A stretch of 64,000 bases of DNA from a virus: IMG/VR virus record IMGVR_UViG_3300000303_000010, one strand, 5' to 3'. The notes beneath the pieces were generated by a model. The model made no database searches. It was not told the origin of the DNA and saw only the letters and a program-made list of their open reading frames with translations. Position numbers and translations under genes: made by a program. Every line of letters starts with the position of its first letter. Positions within the stretch are counted from its first letter, which is position 1. Shown here piece after piece: positions 51,142-60,230 of this stretch.

Positions 51142-53337
51142 ATGGCTAAGAACAAATTGAAAATCCCCACAAAGAATGAACTTCTAAAGAAGTATGGGGA
51201 TATTATTAAAGTAGCCTCTAATAAGGAGGATACAGGTTTATGGTTACCTTCTACATTCTTTGCCCTTAATTATCAGATGGGTGGAGGTATACCTTTTGGG
51301 AAAATCCTTGAGATAGCTGGTGAGGAGAGTTCAGGAAAATCCCTAATAGCTTATAACTTTGCCTATGCTTGTCAACAACTGGGTGGACATGTTATATGGG
51401 TAGATGCCGAACAATCCTGGATGAACTCATGGGCAGAAGAGAATGGAGTTGATCCTGAAAAGGTAACTGTAATAAATGAAACTCGAATAGAATATATTGC
51501 AGATGCCGTAGCAGATTTAGCATTATATCTAAGAGCACAATTAACTAATAATGAACCAATATTACTGGTATTGGATTCGATTGCTGCTACTGATTGCTCG
51601 GATAATATAGATGCAAAGATGACCGATGCAAAAGCTGAAATGGGAGGTAGAGCAAAGGCATTGTATAAATATTTCCGAATTAGGAACGAATTGTTTTTCA
51701 GATTAGGTATAACCCAGATATATATTAACCAATTAAGAACTGCCTTAAATGTCGGATTTGGAAAAGATAATACCTGCCTACATTATGATACTGTAATACC
51801 TTTTGTAGATGGTACTTCTATGAAAATAGGGGAAATAGTTAAGAATAAGGTATCTAAAGAGGTATGGAGTTATAATGAGGTTACACATAAATTCGAACCT
51901 AAACCCATTGTGGATTGGATAAGGAAATCCGAAACTAAAAAATGGATCCAATTTAAGACTGAGGGTCCAGAAACTACTAATGGTTTTAATGGGTTTACTT
52001 GTACTTATACTCATCATTGTTTAACTAATCATGGATGGAAAAAAGCCATAGATATTACTTTTGAGGATAAGCTTATTACCAAACAAAGGGGAGTAATAAA
52101 TGGTACTCTTAAAGATTTTCTTTGGGGTACTATACCTTTTGATTGTTCACTTTATAGTAAACATGGTAAGGGTATTACTCGTATAACTTTTAGTAATGGT
52201 ATACAGGAAGAGTATTTACTTTGGAAAACTCACATGATAGAAAAGGCATTTCCTATGGTGAATAAGGGAGAATCTAAGTATATCTCTAAAAGGGGTTATG
52301 CTGAGTTATATGATATTCAACAACAAATAGGTAAAGAAAGAGACCCTCTAAAATTATGGGATACGGATCGCGATTTATCAGATCTTACTTTAGCTATTTG
52401 GTACATGGATGATGGTCATAAGTATAATTCAGTAACTGTAGGTATTGCTATATCTCCTAAACGTACGGATTTAAATAAATTGGCCCAGTACCTCACTGAT
52501 AAATGTGGTTTACCCTGTAAAACTTATGAATACGGTATAAAGTTTACCAACAAGGGCACAATTAAGTTGATGGAAAGGATAAATAGATATGTTATACCTT
52601 CTATGCAATATAAACTCTTAGATGCCTATAAAGGTAACTTTAAAGAGTTTGAGTTAGAGTATCAAGAAGAATATATACCAAAAGAGGTAAATATCCTATC
52701 CATAAACAAAGAATTCGATATTAAGAATAGAAGATTCAGAAGACCCTATAAGAGATTTAAATATGACATCACAATCCCAGGAAACCACAATTTCCTCGCA
52801 GGATCAACCGAACAAGGTATCCTCGTTCATAACACAACTACGGGAGGTGCAGCACTTAAATTCTATGCTTCTATCAGACTTGCTTTCTATTCAGGCAAAA
52901 CAGTTACAATTAAAAGCAAAGGTAAAGAACGTAAGGTTGGAAAACTTGTCACCATCAGATTACTTAAGAATAAAGTTGCTCCTCCAAGACCTACAATATC
53001 AAAATGTCCTGTGTATTTCAACCCTAAATTCCATGATGTTGGATTTGATAGATACTATGGATTAGAAGATGTATTAGTAGAAAATGATATTGTAGAAAAA
53101 TCCTCAGGAGGAGTTTATAAATACAAGGGTAGTACATTATGCCGTGGTGAAGAGAAATTCCAAAAGCTAATGGAAGAAGATGATTCTCTCAGACGCAAAT
53201 TACTTAGGAAAGCAAATATAAATACGATTGGAACTACTAAAAAGAGGATCCAAGAGTTAAATAAAAATTACTTCCCAGTAGAGGGAGTAGAATACGAATC
53301 TTATAATACGGAGGGAGAAGAAAATGAAGATGAATAA
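51142..53337 (+). CDS. recA: RecA/UvsX recombinase, intein-containing
   Basis: GGGIPFGKILEIAGEESSGKS, WVDAE, LVLDSIAA, INQLR, TTTGGAALKFYAS and KNKVAPP. Confidence 0.95.
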   Translation: MAKNKLKIPTKNELLKKYGDIIKVASNKEDTGLWLPSTFFALNYQMGGGIPFGKILEIAGEESSGKSLIAYNFAYACQQLGGHVIWVDAEQSWMNSWAEENGVDPEKVTVINETRIEYIADAVADLALYLRAQLTNNEPILLVLDSIAATDCSDNIDAKMTDAKAEMGGRAKALYKYFRIRNELFFRLGITQIYINQLRTALNVGFGKDNTCLHYDTVIPFVDGTSMKIGEIVKNKVSKEVWSYNEVTHKFEPKPIVDWIRKSETKKWIQFKTEGPETTNGFNGFTCTYTHHCLTNHGWKKAIDITFEDKLITKQRGVINGTLKDFLWGTIPFDCSLYSKHGKGITRITFSNGIQEEYLLWKTHMIEKAFPMVNKGESKYISKRGYAELYDIQQQIGKERDPLKLWDTDRDLSDLTLAIWYMDDGHKYNSVTVGIAISPKRTDLNKLAQYLTDKCGLPCKTYEYGIKFTNKGTIKLMERINRYVIPSMQYKLLDAYKGNFKEFELEYQEEYIPKEVNILSINKEFDIKNRRFRRPYKRFKYDITIPGNHNFLAGSTEQGILVHNTTTGGAALKFYASIRLAFYSGKTVTIKSKGKERKVGKLVTIRLLKNKVAPPRPTISKCPVYFNPKFHDVGFDRYYGLEDVLVENDIVEKSSGGVYKYKGSTLCRGEEKFQKLMEEDDSLRRKLLRKANINTIGTTKKRIQELNKNYFPVEGVEYESYNTEGEENEDE
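51775..52833 (+). mobile_element. Intein in RecA loop L2 region (353 aa)
   Basis: Starts CLHYDTVIPFVDG and ends GILVHN before T. LAGLIDADG-type motif LAIWYMDDG; the first motif is degenerate (LWGTIPFDCSL). Confidence 0.92.
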
Positions 53338-53761
53338 TTCGCAGGAAGTGGGAGGTAACCATTATGAGAGGTTTAAGATAGAACCCGTACATTTAATGGT
53401 TACTTATTCCCTTAATTGGTTTCAGGGTGAAGCTCTGAAATATGTTTCTCGACATTGGTTTAAGGGAAAGGAACAGGATTTAGATAAAGCCTATCACATA
53501 ATGGACATGGCTAAAAATTTGGATCCATTAACAGTTAAACATACTATGGATCAGTTAGATTCTGGATCTATACTACATGATTATGTAGCTCAGTATTGGT
53601 CACAAATGTTGATAGATGCTGATTTTGGTAGTAATAGTGATACTCCTGGCCAATATTGGTTTCATTCAATATTGTCTATCATAATGGGTGAGTATAAAAT
53701 GGCAATGGAAAACATCAAAATATATAAGGAGAAATATTATGGAACCGAAAGTAAAGATTGA
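53324..53761 (+). CDS. DUF3310 (SaV-like) protein
   Basis: VGGNHY...FQGEALKYVSR...KGKEQDLDKA signature. Confidence 0.8.
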   Translation: MKMNNSQEVGGNHYERFKIEPVHLMVTYSLNWFQGEALKYVSRHWFKGKEQDLDKAYHIMDMAKNLDPLTVKHTMDQLDSGSILHDYVAQYWSQMLIDADFGSNSDTPGQYWFHSILSIIMGEYKMAMENIKIYKEKYYGTESKD

Positions 53762-54050
53762 TCATGGTAGAGAGCTAGATGAATTGACTAAGTTCACTAA
53801 GAAATTTTTTGATGACCTTCAGGAATATAACAAGGATAAAGAAGATACTCCAAAGGAAGCTAATATAATGGTAATAGCTTGCGATAGTATTGGGGGAGCA
53901 TCTTTCCTATGTGGTGATCCTGATAAGTTATCTCATGAATTATTAACCTTAGTAAGTAGGAATAAGGCTTTTGAGAAATTCCTTAAAGAACTTATTGAGA
54001 AAATACAACTAATAATGCTTAGTGATGAGAGAGAAAGTATTGCTAATTGA
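53739..54050 (+). CDS. Hypothetical protein
   Basis: Likely start at ATG 53739 (MEPKVKIDH). Confidence 0.55.
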   Translation: MEPKVKIDHGRELDELTKFTKKFFDDLQEYNKDKEDTPKEANIMVIACDSIGGASFLCGDPDKLSHELLTLVSRNKAFEKFLKELIEKIQLIMLSDERESIAN

Positions 54051-54915
54051 TGCCGAAAATGTACTGCATCAATCCTTTCACAAGTTCGAAAAATTCAAAA
54101 GTACCGATGGAAAACCCTCTGGAGCAATTTTTGGATTCTTCAAATCTCTCCACATGTACATGGAGAGATTTTATCCAGATAATATTTGTTTGGCTTTTGA
54201 TAATGGGCATTCACCATATAGATCGGAGTTACTCCCAAATTACAAAGGGCATAGGAAAAATATCTCAGTGGATTATGAATCCCTTCAATCACAAAAAGCC
54301 GTGATAATGAAAATGCTTAGATACCTAAGAATACCCTATGTATTCGATAAGAAAAAACTTACTGGGTATGAGGGGGATGATTTTATTGCTTGGCTTAGGT
54401 ATAAGAAGTATGGAGATAGAAACAAATATGTTCAAACCATAGTATCTTCAGATAAGGATTATAACCAGCTAATATCCAAAGATGTAAAGGTATTCAATCC
54501 CAGGAAAAATGAGGTAGTAACTGTAGGTAATTGTAAACAATTATTTGGGTATACTAACGAAGAAACTGTTGATTACCTTTGTTTAGTTGGGGATAGTTCT
54601 GATGATATTCCCGGAGTAAAAGGATATGGACCCGTTAAAACTAGAAAGTTTCTTGATAAATATTGGTGGGTAGATGAAGCATTTAAGAAAGGAGAATGCT
54701 TAGATATAAAAGAAACATACGAAAGGAATAAGAAATTGATAGACTTATCATGGTTTATAAATGAACACCCTTTAGATGAAAAGGATCTACCATTACATTA
54801 CCTAAATAAGCCTATCAATTGGAAGAAATTCAAAGAAGTATGTATCGAATACTCTTTAGCATCTTTCATGACAGATATATTTATGAAACCCTTTAAAGAA
54901 TACAACCATGAATGA
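54022..54915 (+). CDS. 5'-3' exonuclease / flap endonuclease (T4 RNase H-like)
   Basis: LLIDAEN, AFDNG, YKGHR, YEGDD, SSDKD and LVGDSSDDIPGVKGYG (H3TH). Confidence 0.92.
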   Translation: MMREKVLLIDAENVLHQSFHKFEKFKSTDGKPSGAIFGFFKSLHMYMERFYPDNICLAFDNGHSPYRSELLPNYKGHRKNISVDYESLQSQKAVIMKMLRYLRIPYVFDKKKLTGYEGDDFIAWLRYKKYGDRNKYVQTIVSSDKDYNQLISKDVKVFNPRKNEVVTVGNCKQLFGYTNEETVDYLCLVGDSSDDIPGVKGYGPVKTRKFLDKYWWVDEAFKKGECLDIKETYERNKKLIDLSWFINEHPLDEKDLPLHYLNKPINWKKFKEVCIEYSLASFMTDIFMKPFKEYNHE

Positions 54916-55015
54916 GGATTATAAAAAGTACAAAAAGGAATTTGGGGTAGATCCCCGAGAAGTATATCATAGAGATATGGAGATTTTAACTTCTAATAGT
55001 TATGATTATGAGTAA
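54908..55015 (+). CDS. 35-aa micro-ORF not in the ORF track
   Basis: MNEDYKKYKKEFGVDPREVYHRDMEILTSNSYDYE; overlaps both flanking genes. Confidence 0.5.
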   Translation: MNEDYKKYKKEFGVDPREVYHRDMEILTSNSYDYE

Positions 55016-55703
55016 AATAATGTTTGCAGGTGCAAGTGGTACTGGAAAATCCACCCTTGCAGAATGGATTGCTAACGGAGCTGAATTATTTAGCTCCAAT
55101 AGTATGCCCTTTGTATCAGGTAGTGTATCTGATTTGCTCCCTAAGACAAAAGATATGCCTCATAAGGATATGCTTGCAAGAGATCCTATGGAATTATACC
55201 ATGAGGATATGCAAATACTAAATCTTAGGCATAAAAAGTTCAAAGAGTATGAAAATTTTGTATCTGATAGATCTTATCTTGATAGTGCTGCTTATTTTCT
55301 ATATAAACAAGCCGACAAACAACCCGAATGCGAAGTAGAACATTTCATGGAATTAAGTAAGATGCTCCTTAATCAGGAATGTACTCACTTAATATTCATC
55401 CGATTCCATACTGGTTTATATAAAGAATGGGTAACCGAGGATAATGGGAAACGAATAGTTAGCTCATTCTTTCAAATGGAAATAAGTGCTATCATGGAGA
55501 TGATACTTAAATTATGGGGATTCACTCCAGAGGATCATATAAGGTCATTAAAAGATTCCTGGTTAAAAGCTCCTAAGACTTTGGATTATCCCTGTCCAGT
55601 AGGTAGTATAAAATCCTTATATGGGGAAACTAAAGTATTGGTATTGGATGAGCCTAATTTGGATTTACGTAAATCAGTAATTGAACTATTCTTAAAAGTA
55701 TGA
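55008..55703 (+). CDS. Deoxynucleoside monophosphate kinase-like P-loop protein
   Basis: FAGASGTGKST Walker A at the N-terminus; SDRSYLD (NMP-kinase DR motif). Confidence 0.7.
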   Translation: MSKIMFAGASGTGKSTLAEWIANGAELFSSNSMPFVSGSVSDLLPKTKDMPHKDMLARDPMELYHEDMQILNLRHKKFKEYENFVSDRSYLDSAAYFLYKQADKQPECEVEHFMELSKMLLNQECTHLIFIRFHTGLYKEWVTEDNGKRIVSSFFQMEISAIMEMILKLWGFTPEDHIRSLKDSWLKAPKTLDYPCPVGSIKSLYGETKVLVLDEPNLDLRKSVIELFLKV

Positions 55704-56671
55704 AAAACTTAGTAGCGTATGTAATATCGGATTTGCATATTAACGACTGGGCTAAGTTTAATGAGGGTGATACCAGGACTCATAATCAAATGAGGATCCT
55801 GGTATCCCTGTTATCTAAGTCCTATAACGAGAGAGTGCCTATATTATTTTGTGGGGATTTATTCCATAAGCCCGATATGATAAGACCCGAGTTACTCAAT
55901 CTAATTTTTCATGATTCCTTAGTAGTACACACAAGGTATATGGGATACCCCATTATGTATGCCATAAGTGGGAATCATGAAATTAACCATATAAGTAAGA
56001 TTGGAGAACATCCTGTAAGTTGGACAAGGCTATTTACTAAAATGTTTCCTTGGCTAGTATGTTTAGATTATTGCCAAATCCTTATCAAGGATAATATCAT
56101 GATACACGGGGTACCATATATAGATCACAATATAGGGTTAAGTAAATATCTTAAAGAGATGAAACTGGATCCTAAACAAAAACATATCCTTATGCTTCAT
56201 ACAGATTATCCTGGAGCAAGAGATACTGATGGTAGGGAAGTAGGGTCTGTAGAAAATTTAAATCTCAATGTATTAGATCGATTCGATTTAGTATTATGTG
56301 GTCATATACATAAACCCCAAAGATTATCCAAGAAGGTATACATGATAGGGGCTCCTATTCAACAAAGGAGAACTGATAGAGATTGTGATATGGGATATTG
56401 GAAATTATATGATGACCTATCTATGACCTTTGTGAAGTTAAAAGGGTATCCCAGATTTATCGATGTGGAATCCCAGGATGAAATTAAGGATGATGGTAAT
56501 TATTATACTGTAATACCCAAAATTGCTAGTACTCCAGTAGAAACTAAACATAAGATTACTAAGCAATTAACAAATAAAACTCTAGCAAAGAGATATATGA
56601 AGGTCAAAGGCATAAAAGATAAGAACAAAGAACAACTTTTAATTAAGGTACTTAAGGAGGCAGATCAATGA
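55700..56671 (+). CDS. sbcD: SbcD/Mre11-like nuclease (gp47)
   Basis: SDLH, GDLFH, SGNHE and CGHIH metallophosphoesterase motifs. Confidence 0.9.
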   Translation: MKNLVAYVISDLHINDWAKFNEGDTRTHNQMRILVSLLSKSYNERVPILFCGDLFHKPDMIRPELLNLIFHDSLVVHTRYMGYPIMYAISGNHEINHISKIGEHPVSWTRLFTKMFPWLVCLDYCQILIKDNIMIHGVPYIDHNIGLSKYLKEMKLDPKQKHILMLHTDYPGARDTDGREVGSVENLNLNVLDRFDLVLCGHIHKPQRLSKKVYMIGAPIQQRRTDRDCDMGYWKLYDDLSMTFVKLKGYPRFIDVESQDEIKDDGNYYTVIPKIASTPVETKHKITKQLTNKTLAKRYMKVKGIKDKNKEQLLIKVLKEADQ

Positions 56672-58380
56672 TAGAATTTACAAGGTTAGTTACCGAAGGA
56701 TTTTGTTCAATATCCCAAGCAGATATTGCACTGAATCAAAATCAGATAGTATGGATACGTGGTGCTAATGGGTTTGGAAAGTCTAGTTTAATCTCCTCAT
56801 TAGTATGGTGTATATATGGAAAGAATCTAAAAGGTAAATCCCAAGTAAATACCTGGGAAGAATTAAGACCCAAGGATTATAAGGGAACTAAGGTATGTAT
56901 ATATTTCCTAAAAGATGGTGTACCTTACAATATTATTCGATGCCAAAAATATACATCCGAAATTGAGGATGGTGTAAAGGGAAAGGATAGGGTTTTACTT
57001 ATAAGGGATGGAGAACTTTTGGATTTAAAAGGTAAGTTCTCTATTCAACAAGAGATAAATAAGGTATTGGGATTACCCTATGAGTTATTTATTAATTCGA
57101 TAGTATTTGGTCAAGGATTAAAAAGATTGATTGAGGAGGATAATTCGAATAAAAGGGCAATATTCGAAGAGATATTTAATCTCAATTTCCTTAATACCGC
57201 TAAGGATATAGCCAAAGGTAAAAAGGATGCCATGAGGGAAGGTATCCTGGATATGGAGGGAGATCTCAATGTAATGACTGATAAACTGGAGAATTACAAG
57301 GAATTAAAGAGAAAACTCAAAACCCAGGAATTAGAGGCTAAGATTAATAGGTCTAAGCAGATAACAGAATTAGAATCTACAAGGTTGGATTATGCTAAGA
57401 AATTGGGAAATATTCAAAGGTCCAAGAGTGAAGAGGTATTGCAAACTTTACCCATAAGAATAAGGAATACTAATGAACTTATATCTAAGTATAAAACGAC
57501 TAAAGATCTCTGTGAGGAAACTATAGATATACCCTTGGAAGAATTTATTGATGATATATATAAATTGGTAAAGAATAAAAGGTATAGCGAAGCTTTATCC
57601 TCCTTGAAAAAACTTAAGAAAGCCTATAAGGGTATATCTGATTGTGATAAAGAATTATCCCAACTATACGATAGAAAATCTAAGCTAATGGATATCAAGA
57701 GTAATTATGATAAGTTAGAAATGAAAGCTACTTGGTATTCCAGAAAAATGGTTGAGATCGATGATGAAATAAGAAAACTAAAGGAAGCTAAATATGATAC
57801 CTTTAGTGAGGATTATGAAGGTAAAATATCACATTTGAGGAAGAAGATAAAACCTCTAAAAGCTAAGTATGAATCTCAGTTATCTGAATATAGGGATTAT
57901 CAATGGTTATTAGATGATCCATTGGGTAATCAAGGAATAAAAGCATTCCTATTCGATTCTTCTATTGATCTTATTAATGAGATACTGAACAAGTACGTGC
58001 CTATATTAGGATTTAAAATAGAGTTTGGAGTTAATCTGGATTCAGCAAGGAAGGATTTTGTTACTACCATAGAAAGAGACGACATAATAATGGAGTATGA
58101 TGAACTTTCTGGTGGAGAAAAGCAATTGGTAAACATTTCCTTAGCATTAGCTATGAATGAATTACTCACGGTATCTCAGGGATTTAATATTGCTTTCATG
58201 GATGAAGTATTTGAAAGCTTAAGTTCAGAGAATATAGAGTTAGTAACTTCACTAATAAGAGAAATATTCAAGGATAAAACTTTATTCCTTATCACCCATC
58301 AAAATACTATCCCATTGGGCAATGTAAAAATCCTACAAGTCGAAAAAGTGAAAGGGCTAAGTAGTTACAAGGTACTATAA
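56668..58380 (+). CDS. sbcC: SbcC/Rad50-like SMC ATPase (gp46)
   Basis: GANGFGKSS, coiled-coil, LSGGEKQ, FMDEVF and LITHQ. Confidence 0.92.
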   Translation: MIEFTRLVTEGFCSISQADIALNQNQIVWIRGANGFGKSSLISSLVWCIYGKNLKGKSQVNTWEELRPKDYKGTKVCIYFLKDGVPYNIIRCQKYTSEIEDGVKGKDRVLLIRDGELLDLKGKFSIQQEINKVLGLPYELFINSIVFGQGLKRLIEEDNSNKRAIFEEIFNLNFLNTAKDIAKGKKDAMREGILDMEGDLNVMTDKLENYKELKRKLKTQELEAKINRSKQITELESTRLDYAKKLGNIQRSKSEEVLQTLPIRIRNTNELISKYKTTKDLCEETIDIPLEEFIDDIYKLVKNKRYSEALSSLKKLKKAYKGISDCDKELSQLYDRKSKLMDIKSNYDKLEMKATWYSRKMVEIDDEIRKLKEAKYDTFSEDYEGKISHLRKKIKPLKAKYESQLSEYRDYQWLLDDPLGNQGIKAFLFDSSIDLINEILNKYVPILGFKIEFGVNLDSARKDFVTTIERDDIIMEYDELSGGEKQLVNISLALAMNELLTVSQGFNIAFMDEVFESLSSENIELVTSLIREIFKDKTLFLITHQNTIPLGNVKILQVEKVKGLSSYKVL

Positions 58381-58410
58381 AGTATTGTATAAAATTACAA
58401 TACTGATATT

Positions 58411-58980
58411 ATGAACTCTAAACGCAAATACCAATTTAGTAATCTATATTCTATCAGAAAAAATAGTAAGAAAATATTGACAAGGCATCATTGGTTATCT
58501 AATGTACCTGGCCATGATTATCATGTTACTAAGCATGGTAAAGTATATAAGAGATTAGATAATAATTATAGATGGATACGTATATCCACTTATTCGGATG
58601 GAAAGCCTGATAGTTATTTAAAATGTAAAATAGATTGTAAATCCTGGTTATTACATAGGTTAATAGCTACGGTATATTTACCTAATCCAAATGGTTTACC
58701 TTTAGTTATGCACCTAAACAATAATAAAAGAGATTGTAGGGTACATAATTTAAAATGGGGAACCGAATTAGAAAATATGTTACAAGCTTGGTTTGATGGC
58801 TGTTTTAAAGTACCTAATAAAATTGTTTATTATAGGGATGTACACAACCTATACAATCAAGGTTTATCTATTAAAGAGATAGCTAATATAGTACCCATAC
58901 ATATCTCATCAATACGTAGGATACTTAAAAACGATGGATTAATACGTCATATTTCTAAATTTAAAGGTTATGATAAATAG
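58411..58980 (+). mobile_element. Free-standing HNH homing endonuclease (NUMOD4-like + HNH + HTH)
   Basis: YHVTKHGKV; HRLIATVYLPNPNGLPLVMHLNNNKRDCRVHNLKWGTELEN; C-terminal HTH GLSIKEIAN. Confidence 0.88.
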
Positions 58981-59518
58981 TAAGAAAAAGGGCTCTAAAT
59001 TCGAAAGGGCTATTGCTAAGTGGTTTACAGAATGGTCTGGATATAAATTTGAAAGGAATCGGGCAGGATCTGGGGCATGGCATTCTAACAAGGATTCCAC
59101 TTCAGATCTTACCTGTACTGATGAAAAACATGCTCATAGATGTAAAATATCTATAGAATGTAAAAACTACAAGGATATAAAATTCGAACATATCCTATTA
59201 GGTAATAAGAATTGTGATATTCTCAAATTTTGGGAACAAGCTTATAAGGATGCTAAAAGATCAAAGAAAGTTCCTATACTTTGTATGAGATATAACTCTA
59301 TGCCTAAGGAAGAATTCTTCTTTGTAGTGGGAAATGCTTTAGCCCAAATTATATTCGCATATCCCCCCGTGATGGCTTACCCTTTTATGACCATTAGTAC
59401 ACCAAATCATGGAGATCTGAATATATTTATGGCAAGTGCCATATTTAAAACTGTACCGTATAAAGCTATCCATAAGCAAGCTAAATTTATATTAAGGGAA
59501 AGAAATGAAGACGCATAG
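58970..59518 (+). CDS. Holliday junction resolvase (Hjc-like PD-(D/E)XK)
   Basis: SKKKGSKFERAIAKWF...SDL...SIECKN. Confidence 0.8.
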   Translation: MINSKKKGSKFERAIAKWFTEWSGYKFERNRAGSGAWHSNKDSTSDLTCTDEKHAHRCKISIECKNYKDIKFEHILLGNKNCDILKFWEQAYKDAKRSKKVPILCMRYNSMPKEEFFFVVGNALAQIIFAYPPVMAYPFMTISTPNHGDLNIFMASAIFKTVPYKAIHKQAKFILRERNEDA

Positions 59519-60230
59519 GACATACTGTATATTTTACCTTGAACCCAAATATTATAAGGATATTAATGAGAAGTTGGAAGAACTGGGATTAAATAGAAAG
59601 GTAAAAGCCATAATCCCAGTTCTTCAGATACTTAAGCGTAATAGTAGAGGTAAAATGTTATTCGAAAATGTTCCTATACTGTTCAACTATGGATTTATGA
59701 AAATGCCTACAGAATTGGCGTACTCTAGATCTTTTCTCAATAAACTACGTAAAGGAATACCTGGGATAAAAGCTTGGCTTAAAGATACTGAAACTTTATT
59801 CTCTAGAAAGAAAAGAAGGAGAATAGACAATGCTGAGGATTGGGATGACTTCTCAAAGGTAGCTACGGTTCCTAAAAAGGTAGTAAGAAGATTTATCAAG
59901 TTAGCTAAGGCAAATAAAACTTATTCAGTAGAAGAGTTGATGAGCCTTAAGATAGGGGATTATATTACCTTAATTAATTACCCTTATGAAGGAGTAGATG
60001 CTACGGTATTATCTATCGATTATAATGAGAAGATGGTAGAGGTAGTAATGTATCCAGAATATGGAAAACTTATTACTAAGTTACCCTTTGATGATGTATT
60101 CTATACCATATACCGAGATTATAATCCAGATATACTAATAGGTCAGGATAAACCCTTTAATCCCAATACCTATACCCAGGATTATTTGGATAGATTGAAA
60201 ACCCTTAAACGTAAAAGTAAGAGAAAATGA
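59505..60230 (+). CDS. nusG: NusG-family transcription elongation factor paralogue
   Basis: NGN domain (YCIFY..., AIIPVLQI..., PILFNYGFMKM, LRKGIPGIKAWL) and KOW domain (KIGDYITLINYPYEGVDATVLSIDY...LPFDDV) align by eye with E. coli NusG. Confidence 0.85.
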   Translation: MKTHRTYCIFYLEPKYYKDINEKLEELGLNRKVKAIIPVLQILKRNSRGKMLFENVPILFNYGFMKMPTELAYSRSFLNKLRKGIPGIKAWLKDTETLFSRKKRRRIDNAEDWDDFSKVATVPKKVVRRFIKLAKANKTYSVEELMSLKIGDYITLINYPYEGVDATVLSIDYNEKMVEVVMYPEYGKLITKLPFDDVFYTIYRDYNPDILIGQDKPFNPNTYTQDYLDRLKTLKRKSKRK

